DNA of 21,083 nt. Origin: Ancylonema sp. (lineage: Eukaryota). A program made the position numbers and the translations under genes. Below, piece by piece: positions 1 to 20,290 of the stretch. Within the stretch, counting starts at the first letter, position 1. Each line of letters begins with the position of its first letter. The DNA lies in the NCBI GenBank assembly GCA_050230475.1, contig JBFLGF010000038.1:62001-83083 (forward strand), in the 5' to 3' direction. The notes beneath the pieces were generated by a model. That model ran no database searches and was not told the DNA's origin. It saw only the letters and a program-made list of their open reading frames with translations.

Positions 1-87
1 TAGCCCCATGACTCCCTCAAGTGGCCTCGTTTTTTTGAGGAAGATGCGTGCACTACGATGGTCAAACGATGCCTTGCAATACAATCG

Positions 88-179
88 ATTATTCTGCGGA
101 CTACGGATGCAACAAGGAATGGTCGATCTAGTATTATTATGCGGACTACGGATGCAACAAGGACTAGCCGATCTAGTAT
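88..179. repeat. Tandem duplication, 2 x 45 bp (TATT(C/A)TGCGGACTACGGATGCAACAAGGA...GATCTAGTAT)
   Basis: TGCGGACTACGGATGCAACAAGGA occurs at 95 and 140 (period 45), each copy followed by CGATCTAGTAT; few mismatches. Confidence 0.9.
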
Positions 180-468
180 ATCTTGCAAGATTGCACAACC
201 AGGCACAAACCTACTCAATGTTTCTACCACGCATGTTTGTGAAATACGCTCACATTTTCAGAGATGGATCCAATTAAAGTCCAAGAATGTGGAGGCTCAA
301 ATTCCACCACTTTTCTACTGCATGATTGCACCCACCAAATTCGACGGGGATGCATGTTCTCCATTGTTCTCCATTGCAAAAAAAATAGCACCGCCTCTTA
401 TTGACGAAAACCCATTTTCTTTATTGCACGTGAAACCTCCACACTTTCACACTATCTAGATTTTCCAC

Positions 469-3400
469 CTAAGTGAAGAAGCCCCCAAGCTCCTTGGCCA
501 AATCGTCATCATCCTCCAAATCATCATCATAATTTCCGGACCCATCGCTGCCATCTTCTCCTAACCCACCCACTTTCTCGTCATCCTTCCCCTCCACAAC
601 CACCTCCTCCTTCTCTCCCCTCTCAACCCCCCCTCCCCCTTCCCCTCCCTTCCCCTCCCTCCCCAAACCTTCATTTTCCAATTTCGCATCCCCCAATCGC
701 GCATTTTCTTCAGACTCCCTCAGGCTTTGTTGCGCCGCCCTACTCGCTATGGGAGGGGCGCTACTTGCGCCCCCAACTTCCCTCTCCCTACCACCCCTTG
801 AGTTGGCTGCTTCTACTCGTGTAGCTTGTTCCCCGCCCATACTTTCCTTATGGTCCTCACCCCCAACATGTGTCCTCTCCCCCGTTTGCACCCCTGCTGT
901 TGGAACCTCCAGTGATCCCTCCCCAGTCCCCAACCCCCCCGCCCCAACCCCTCGTCTCTTTGACGCTCGTTCCCCTCCTTCCTCCACCTCCTTTGCCTTC
1001 CGTTTCTCCCTCAATATCTCCTCCAGCGATTTCGGCTTCTTGTCAAACCCAACCGCCCCCACCCCCCCCGCAAACCCCATCGGTCTCCTCACCCCCCCTC
1101 CTATCTCAACCCGCACCTCCTTCCTCCTCACAGGAACCCCAATCGGAACTGCAACCGCAACCGCAACCGGAACCGGGTTTCTTCTCCTGTCGACTCCTTC
1201 CTCCCGCACTCCACCCCCTGCCCCACATGACGTCACAACCCTCGCTCCTGCTCCCGCTGACGTCAGCGGAAGGCTCCTATTGGCCGCAGGCTTCTCCGTT
1301 CCTTTCCTCTTCTCCGCAAGAATTTCCGAGAGGCTTTTGGGCGCAGAAGAAAGGGCAGCTGAGCCCAAAGAGCCCACGGTGCGAACCCGTGGTTGATCAG
1401 CTGCCGCAATCACCCTGCCACCTGGCATTGCCTCAGCCACTCGTTGACCCCCTACCCGTGTTGCGGACCCGAACCGGGGTACCCCGTTTTCCGCCATAGC
1501 AGAATCCTGAGCGCTTCTACCACCCCCCATCCTGCTGTCCACTCGACTCCCATTAAACCCAAGAAACTGTTGCACTAGCCGCCCGCTACCGACCCCTTCC
1601 CCTTGCACCATCCGTCTTGCTCCCCCTACCCCTCCCCTTCCCCCCTCCATCTGATTCCCTGATAAGGGCTTCCTGAACAGACCATCTCTCAGCAAGTCCC
1701 TGGGCCCTTGATTTGACCCACCCATCAGGTACCCACCCGCTCCCCCAACCCCCCTACCCCAACCGGGCAGTTGCTCCTCGACGTCCCCCCCATCCCCTCT
1801 TTGCCTCTTCAGCACATTCCTCAGGTCCGCCCCTCCCCCCATTCTCTGCCCCTCCTCCCCCCCTCCCTGTTTCGGGTTTGTGACAATAACGTCAAACCCT
1901 TCCTCCCCTCCATCCCCTCCCCCCAACGTCGCGTTTCTACTCGCCACCTGTCTAGACTCCGCATGCCCTGATGCTCGGGCTGGCTGTACTGCACCATACA
2001 TTGCTGAACCTGAACCCCTAACCTGCCCCCTCAGGGGTAACTTGCCACCTGCCAAACCCTCCGCCCTGCCAGGTGTCACTCCATCCTTCCCCCCCCCTGC
2101 GGGTTTGTTGCCATTGGCAGACGTCCGAGCAGCCACCGGCGCTTCACCTTTCGAGTTTGCGGTTGCAGTTACGTTTGCAGTTACGTTCGCGATTGCCTTT
2201 GCGTTCGCGTTTGCCTTTGCGTTCGAGTTCGTGTTTGCCTTCGCGTGCGAGTTCGCGTTTGCGTTTGCGTTTAAGTTGGGGTCCTGTTTGGCGTTTAGAT
2301 TTATGGGAGGGTTTGGCGGTTTGGTTTCAGGGGTTGCGTGGGAGAAATAGCAAGCGTCTCCCTTGGCGCAAGTGCCGGCGGCAAAAAAGAAGCAGGGGAC
2401 GCGGGACTGGGGCGCAACTGCTCCAGAAGCCAGATCTGACCGCAATTCGTCACTCAGCGGCTGCAGGTATCGGATACGAAACGTGGCGGACTCAGAAAGG
2501 AATCAGAACACGGGGGCGTAGGTTTTGGAAGAGACTTGAGAGTGAAGTTGGACTGTTTTGATACCAGGTGAGGTTTTGGGGCTAGTAAACGTAGGTATCA
2601 CATGCATTCTTCCCCTGAAGCCTACGTGCAACAGAGAATAGAGAGAGTCGAGGGACATTGACTGCAGCACAGGATTTATTGACGAAACCCTATCCCCACA
2701 ATTTTAAAACCCGGGGAGGGGGGGGGACAGAGAACAAAATGACATAGAAAAGGTATCAAGAGGGACATGTAATGAGTAGGTCTTGACGTCATCCCTGCCA
2801 CCATGGACAAACGGAGCGATCTTAGGTGGCACGTACTGGATGGCGAAAAGCGCAAGCAGCTCCCGCCTTGCATGTCCCCATCATCCAATAGTGGCAATCC
2901 CTAGTGTTCAGCCTCGCCAGCTCACTGTGACGACTTTCGCAGCCCGCACCCTGCACAGAAACAGAGGGGAGTATGAAAGACGAGAAGCTGGTGGGACACG
3001 GAGTGTTAAAAACCTTAGGGTTTATAGCACCAGATTGGGTACTGGTAGACAACGGCTTCGATGCGAGATTTATTGGGGAGCCGGAAAGGTCTGCAGTCAG
3101 GGTGGTGTTCTCTTTGCTTCAAGCTTTCTTTGTCGCTGACCCCTGGCGATGTAACTGACGATTTCCACGACCATATTCTGGTAGTTCCAGTTCATCCTGT
3201 ATGAGGAATGCTGATGGACCTACTCGAAAGCATGTGGGGGATGTTGGAGGTAATAATATTCGTTTACTCTGCAGCCAACTTAGTACAGGAGCTTCTTGTT
3301 GATTCGTGTCTTTTTTTGTAGTTGTCACAATATCTTCAAAGGCTTTCGTGGTGACCAGTCATGAGGCTAGAAATTGTTTTAACTGCTCAAAAAAAGAAAG

Positions 3401-4179
3401 AAACACAGCAGTTCTGACAATCCAAAGCTTCTACAGCCATCAAACGCACACAGGTGAGAAGAAAGCCCCTGCAGAGAGAGATGAACAACTGATATGTCTG
3501 TATCTTTGAAGAAAATGTGAAAGGTGGGCACCATTGACAAGGTTACAGTCCACCCGCAGGCATACATGGCCATGGAAGGTTTCTGTGGTTTAAGCTTTAA
3601 GTACCGACCGCCGGTAGAAGCCGGCGGTACTAGCCATAGTCGCTAAGAGCCAAACTCTACTCTCAGCTCCACGCTGTGATACAGAGGACATGCCTCTGCT
3701 CATATCGCGGCCGAAAGGCCAGACGCCAGACGCAAAGAGTCTGCTGTTCCAGGGGGAACCTTCCGCACTTCTATCCTCTATGGGACCGAAAGTTATTAAT
3801 ACTTCTAAGTTGACGACTTCACTATTAGATACTGGAGAGAGAAGTGATCCAGAGCGACCAGCTGCACACGCGGACTTCTCCGGTCTAGCAAAGTATTTGA
3901 AATCGTAATTTCGATTCGAATTCAAACCAATCGGCCGCTTCTCATGGGACGTGTCGAACGAAGGTGTCCCATGGAACTGGATTCGAGTTCGACTAATATG
4001 ATAAGGGGTTCAACTTCTGTCAAGATCGCCTCCCGAGTAGTACCAATTCTTCCGAGGTGCAAAGCTTTTCGCGATATAAGGAACCGAGTACGCACCTTTT
4101 TGCACATCAGCGGTGACGCCAGAGAAAAGACGCAATCAGAAGTTGCCTTGAGCACAGTTGCATCTGCTGGCGTGCTCAT
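469..4179 (-). CDS. Triple CCCH zinc-finger protein, ZC3H11A / plant C3H17(AT2G02160)-like, ~729 aa, 3 coding exons: 4179-4096, 2950-2837, 2460-469
   Basis: Exon 1 MSTPADATVLKATSDCVFSLASPLMCKK (donor AAG|GTGCGT). Exon 2 GAGCESRHSELARLNTRDCHYWMMGTCKAGAACAFRHP (acceptor GTGCAG|, donor CCA|GTACGT). Exon 3 PLSDELRSD...VPCFFFAAGTCAKGDACYFSH...DDDDLAKELGGFFT* (acceptor CTGCAG|). All junctions are phase 0. The joined N-terminus matches, from my recollection, the plant DCVYFLASPLTCKKGxECEYRHSExARxNPRDCxYW..C..FRHPPL signature. Low-complexity middle region and acidic C-terminus. Confidence 0.88.
2150..2271 (-). repeat. Coding hexamer microsatellite (AACGCA/AACGCG variants) encoding an Asn-Ala repeat
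   Basis: Plus strand GCGTTT/GCGTTC arrays, translated as NANANANSHAKANTNSNAKANANAKA in exon 3. Confidence 0.8.
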
Positions 4180-6007
4180 TCTGACTGCGTGCACCACTTC
4201 TTTCTACCTAATCAGCTTAATTCAGAAATAGGGCAACGACGAGCAAAAACAAATACAGAACAGCTATCCCGTGTCCTTTGTGAAAAACTTCCCAGATTCC
4301 TACACCCAATCTCTCATGGAGCACGAGCTATGGCGACCTCCGAATGTTTCCTGGTGCCTTCCACTCCAGCAGCAGCGAGAACTTTGTTTGGCTTGCGGGT
4401 GCTCGCAGCCGGGGCCAGCCATGGCGCAGCCCAGAGCTCGGAGCCCAAGACTACAACGAGCTCGCGGCCGAGCCCGCAGCCTGGATTGGAGCTCGGAAAA
4501 AAAATGCATCGACGACCACATGCGACGTGTTCACCTGCATGTTAAAAACGTACATGCGTGATGTAATCTAAGAGGGAGTTACATCGCGACATGATACTTG
4601 CGCCGAAGCAACAGAGATGAGTGAATTTGTGACATTTTCTCTATTCGCAACACAAGTGGTGTTGGAAGAATAAGTAACATTTTAGAAAATTTTGGAAATT
4701 TAAATTTCTGTTGGAGAACACTTGTAGCCACCATATTACGACGTTGCACAAAATTATTGGATCGAATGTTGAAGTCCGAAACCTATTAAATAGTGGATAA
4801 TTAGATTTTCTACAAGCATCGCAATGCTACAAAACAAAGAACTATTTATATACTAGTGCCAATAATAGACTTATCACCTCACGTCGGACAAAGTCGATTT
4901 TTTTGTTACAAATTTTATTTTATTTTATTTTTCTTACCAGCTTTGTCGCATGCTTGCAAACCTTCTGAAATCGGACTTCGATTTGGTAGCCCTCGACATT
5001 GTAACTATTTTGTTATCGGAAACTAAAATTATGTCGAGTTACATTTCTATACCAAAGTACACTCGATGTAGTATATACTAACATACATTATAGAAACTTC
5101 AAAAACTTGAAAAACTACTGGAAGATTACAATATAGAATAAAATATGTAGGACAGACGTTGTGACATACGTTGTGTCTCATATGCTGTATAACAAAATGT
5201 ATAAAGAAAGAAAGGAAAAAAAGGTATACTTCCTTAAAAAAACGTTGTACGTCCACCTAGTGGACCCTTCCAGAATTTGGTGTCGCCGACCCACGCGTGC
5301 TAAACATGCCATCGTCTATTTTTACCCGTACTGACCCGTACGTCTCTCTTTATAGTCATTTGTTGTTACCGTACATAGGTATCTAATTCATAATATATTC
5401 ATTACATAGTAACAGTTCGTTACAATAAACTGAAAATACCCCCGCGAATTCGTAAATATATCGAGGTTCGACTGTATTGTGTTCGTGACGGATTGTTCCG
5501 ACATCATTCAACAATAATTTTTTCTTTTTAAACATTCGAGAGACTCGAATCAACTTGGCATATCTTGACGATTTGACAGTTGTTTTGTTTCTGTGAAAAT
5601 GAACCGCACGCACTTCGTAACATTCGGAAAGAAACGACGCCTACATATGAATGGCAATCATAGAATTTTGGACTCTTTGCACGACACCAACGGCGCACTA
5701 CATTAATGGGCTAGATGCGGGAATCCTTCAAGAAATATTGAACAATCGGATGCGTTTATTCAGGGTGGCTTCACGATTCTAGAACTTTCGACCTTTCTAC
5801 ATATCGTTATTTCCGATAAGTTTTGTAGAACACATCTTGACCGACATCCAAAAAATGGTTTGAAGAATGGAATGTCTTGGTACGGAGGATGGATCGACTT
5901 ATATCGAGGGGGTTTCGGCGGGAAATGAAAGTGAAGTACAAAAATTGTCGTGATGTCGAGGAAGTCGTTATACTGAGGGTCATTGTTTCGAGGATTGTTG
6001 TATCAAG

Positions 6008-6524
6008 ATTGGACCGCCCGGGCGGACCCACGGGCGGGACTTTTTGAATTTCCCTTTCCGGGTAGCCCCGCCAAATCGATTGCGCGCCGCTCGGACGTTT
6101 TCCGCTTGCCGTTCCGCACGTCAACCAAGATAACATAGTTAGCCCCTTCCGATCGGAAGATTTGCGAAACGGTTCCGCACCGGCTCGGACGTGACCCGGT
6201 CATCCGGTCGTTTGCCCAATGTGACGATTGATAGACCGGAAAGTTGACCATACCTTCTTGTCGAACATCGATTTTTACCACTTGACCGCGCCAAACATAC
6301 TCATACGTGCGATAACAAATACTATGATGCATATCGTTGGCTTTCGTCCTTGTTGGCCCAGACCCGATCGGGAGGTTTCCAAACCAATTCCGGTTCCGAA
6401 CGGGATCGGAGGATCGGACATTCGGGAACCAACATGAAAATACCCCCCCAAAAAAAAAGCATAAAGAAGAAGAAACGAGACATGTTCCGACCCGTGCGGA
6501 ACCTACACGTTGCGGACCCAACTA
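6008..6524. mobile_element. Non-autonomous DNA-transposon-like insertion (~517 bp)
   Basis: GC-rich island in AT-rich DNA, flanked by direct repeat ATCAAG (6002-6007, 6525-6530). Decayed inverted ends (ATTGGACCGC vs reverse complement TAGTTGGGTCCGC). Many short subterminal repeats (GTTCCG, GATCGG, CGGA). Confidence 0.6.
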
Positions 6525-6913
6525 ATCAAGTATTGATTGTTTGAGTCTTATACATTAGAGGATTGCGGTGAACTCCACCAATTTATGCGTGAGGAAGAGT
6601 TTGTAATCGATAGACAAAAACCTCGTGCGATTGAAGTTTATTATATGCACATGAGGGTGGAGCCCGACAATGTCGGAGGATTGGTATATTGGTACTTTTC
6701 CCAATCGACTTCTTCGGTACCCCATGCGACTTTCCAAGCTGTTTAGAGATATAGAGAGACATAGCCGAGTATCGAGAAATTGGGGTCTGATTATCGGGTC
6801 GCTATTGTGATGTCAAGGATTGAAACGAAATGATAGGTGGCAAAACACCGTTTCGACACGTGTAAGTCTATGTACCTGGACTTCAATTGGAGGTGACCGA
6901 TCAAGATACCGAT

Positions 6914-7173
6914 TATTTTTTTTCAACGGAAAATGTAATGTGACCAATCACGAATTTTCTCTCCCTCCCCCCCACTTCGCTCTCGCAGTTGGAGAACAAA
7001 ACTTGTGACGTGACCGGCTCAGTTGTTGCATGAATGTTTGTGAATGAAAAAAAAAAAAAAATGTTTTTTTTTTGGGTCCCGGACGGTCCGGGCATCTCCG
7101 GAAGCGTCCCGACGTCCTGTCCCGGACGAGTCCTAGACGCGTCCGGGATCCACGCGTCCGGGACCCAACAATG
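6914..7173. mobile_element. Short non-autonomous insertion (~260 bp) with an 8-bp TSD-like duplication, possibly hAT-related
   Basis: Flanked by ATACCGAT (6906-6913) and ATACCAAT (7174-7181). Perfect internal 14-bp inverted repeat TTGGGTCCCGGACG (7072-7085) / CGTCCGGGACCCAA (7155-7168). Right end GGACCCAAC is shared with the 6008-6524 element. Removal rejoins the fossil reading frame. Confidence 0.55.
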
Positions 7174-7500
7174 ATACCAATGTGACTACTCTGCGACACA
7201 ATTCGTATCGTAAGCAATGGTGACACGGTGGAAACAACTCGAGCTATAACAGTAGTTGATGTTTGGAGGTGACCTGTGCAAAAAAATAAAGGGGTCCAAA
7301 TTCCGGGATGTGTTTGTCGTCATATGGACGATATGATATTGTAGCCAGATACCCTCTGTGCAAATACGCCAAAACTAACGATCGTCAATGATGCGATATT
7401 TAAACGGACGTCAACCAATCCCATCGGTGCTGGGGTGGGTGATGGTGGTGCAAAATATATTGGTGTTGTCACTTATATTTGCAATTTAAATACACTCTTA

Positions 7501-8132
7501 GAGCATAGCTTATGGGACTGAGGATTCGTCGACTTTGGTTGGGGAGACCCCCTAAATTAATCGAATCCCCAACCAACATGAAAATAAATCGTCAAATCGT
7601 TGCTTATCGTGACCAAAGTGATTTGAAAATCCATTTTGAAAATCGTCAGAGTGATTTTCCTGAGGATTTGGGGACTGGATCCTCAAGAAAATCACATTGG
7701 GGATTTCGTGTGAGGATTTTTAAGCCAATCACAGCACAGTCGACTAGCCGGAAAAGGACGCTGTCCGTACGTCTAGTTTTAGTCGTAAAATGGAAGCGGA
7801 GCTTTCGCAACCAATGGGAGATGGTTATTCCCGTAAAATACTTAGAGAATCTAGGGACCTTTATTTCGACGCGATGGTACGGTGCTCCAGTCCCGGAAAT
7901 TATTCCAAACCGTATGATGGATTGTATGGTAACGATTGTTCGAGATACAATGCGTCGTCGTGTGCCACCGTGGCACTGGATTCGAGATCGACGGAGCTCC
8001 CATAAGCAGTACGAAGAGGCATACCGTACAGATTCACGTATTTCAGGTTGGGGATTTCGAAAAAACCGTACAATTTCGGTACATTTCTCCCCAATCAAAC
8101 TTGGCAAATCCTCAGTCCCATAAGCTATGCTC
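7501..8132. mobile_element. PIF/Harbinger-superfamily (Tourist-like) MITE, 632 bp
   Basis: 47-bp terminal inverted repeats (TIRs; 7501-7547, 8086-8132). The outer 26 bp are perfect (GAGCATAGCTTATGGGACTGAGGATT), with 5 mismatches overall. TTA target-site duplication at 7498-7500 and 8133-8135. No transposase ORF inside. Confidence 0.93.
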
Positions 8133-8661
8133 TTAGGGAGTTGTGTTGCAGACAAAACTCATGATGACATGCCGCCTCTCTATTTCACAAAGTCATTGAT
8201 GCAGTCTCGCACTGTTATGCCACTCACAACACCAAGACGTACAAAAAGTGAGTGACGGCACACCCGGAAAAAGAAGCGCAATATATTTGAGAGAAGACTA
8301 GAAGACACATCTTCTAGAGCCAGATTTTGTTACAAAAATCATCCCTACACTTCCTCCAATTCAAACCACCAACAAGGTTCCAACATTTTGGCTTGGACAT
8401 ATCGTCTAAGCCCAATCGAACCGTCATTACTACCTACACGCCCCGCCTCATACGTCTTCAGACCAACCTCTACAATTTGTACAATTCTTCTTCCACTCAC
8501 ACCCAGCCCTCCTAATTTATTTTGCACATGTCCAATCCTCCATTCCAAATTCTCACAACTCATCTCCCATCTCCTCCCATAACGTAAGTAAACAAAAAGG
8601 CCGAGTTCAGTTCTCAAACTTCTCCCTAAGCCTCCCCTCTGCCCCCAACCCCTCCTCCCCG

Positions 8662-19930
<11,269 letters not shown>

Positions 19931-20290
19931 TTCTACGTTGACACTGATAGGTCTACGAAACTGTCGAGCCGCTAGACATGTCGAATGGGAGATGGTCAAC
20001 GGTACAGCGGATACCGTTTGCTCTGCAGGTCAACGTCTCCGATGTTGTGGTGTGTCGTCCTGTAACGTGCAACGCAACTGGCGAGTTCCCGTCGAGGAAA
20101 CGATTGATGCCCCCTACCGTACGTCACGCTAGGGGGATAAACCGCCGGGCGACCACGACGACTGCCACGTCCAACTGCGGGTGCGACCGCGACCGGAGAC
20201 GCGGTTTCTACGGCGGCCTTGCTCCCGGTATAAAGAATCTGACGGAGAACACACCTTTGAAACAGAATTCATGAGTCGGAATTCATGTTT

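Larger units (their letters stand above)
4504..8330 (+). pseudogene. Decayed long intronless ORF of unknown (viral or transposon?) origin, interrupted by three insertions
   Basis: AT-rich block. Plus-strand translation is protein-like with sparse stops: one frame ~4504-5400, a shift, then a second frame ~5400-5980. After a 1-nt shift, one continuous frame runs across 5980-6007, 6531-6905, 7174-7500 and 8136-8330 once the insertions and one TSD copy each are removed. No family recognised. Confidence 0.55.

Noticed and set aside
88..179. Direct repeats here and at 16724-16805 as a CRISPR-like array
   Set aside because: Only two contiguous units, no unique spacers, no cas genes, eukaryotic context.
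749..2561. Overlapping plus-strand ORFs (215, 209, 156, 162 aa)
   Set aside because: Pro/Ser-rich antisense shadows of the G-rich CCCH exon 3; C-rich DNA lacks stops.
3119..3410. Strong minus-strand pyrimidine tract plus CAG near 3384 and a 69-aa ORF in CCCH intron 1 as an extra exon
   Set aside because: Exons 1 and 2 join directly to complete finger 1; no convincing donor or homology seen.
7512..8155. 203-aa and 169-aa ORFs as a possible transposase
   Set aside because: They lie within a 632-bp MITE, are too short, and show no recognisable DDE or Myb/SANT motif.
8161..8260. ATGATGA as a possible C/D snoRNA C box
   Set aside because: No downstream CTGA D box or terminal stem at a suitable distance; the sequence fits the fossil ORF.
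8298..8317. Hairpin CTAGAAGA-CACA-TCTTCTAG as a Helitron end of the fossil block
   Set aside because: The CTAG is part of the stem rather than ~11 nt downstream and is not followed by T; no matching 5' end was defined.
4504..8330. Stop-codon reassignment or alternative genetic code as an explanation for the interrupted ORF
   Set aside because: All three stop types occur across the block, together with frameshifts and MITE insertions, and the host genes use TAG as a normal stop; mutational decay is simpler.
20015..20230. Possible 5'UTR exons of CHR5 (donor ACG|GTAGGGGG at 20117, acceptor TTACAG at 20060)
   Set aside because: Plausible, but the implied 58-nt intron is shorter than any validated intron and there is no reading-frame check; needs transcript data.
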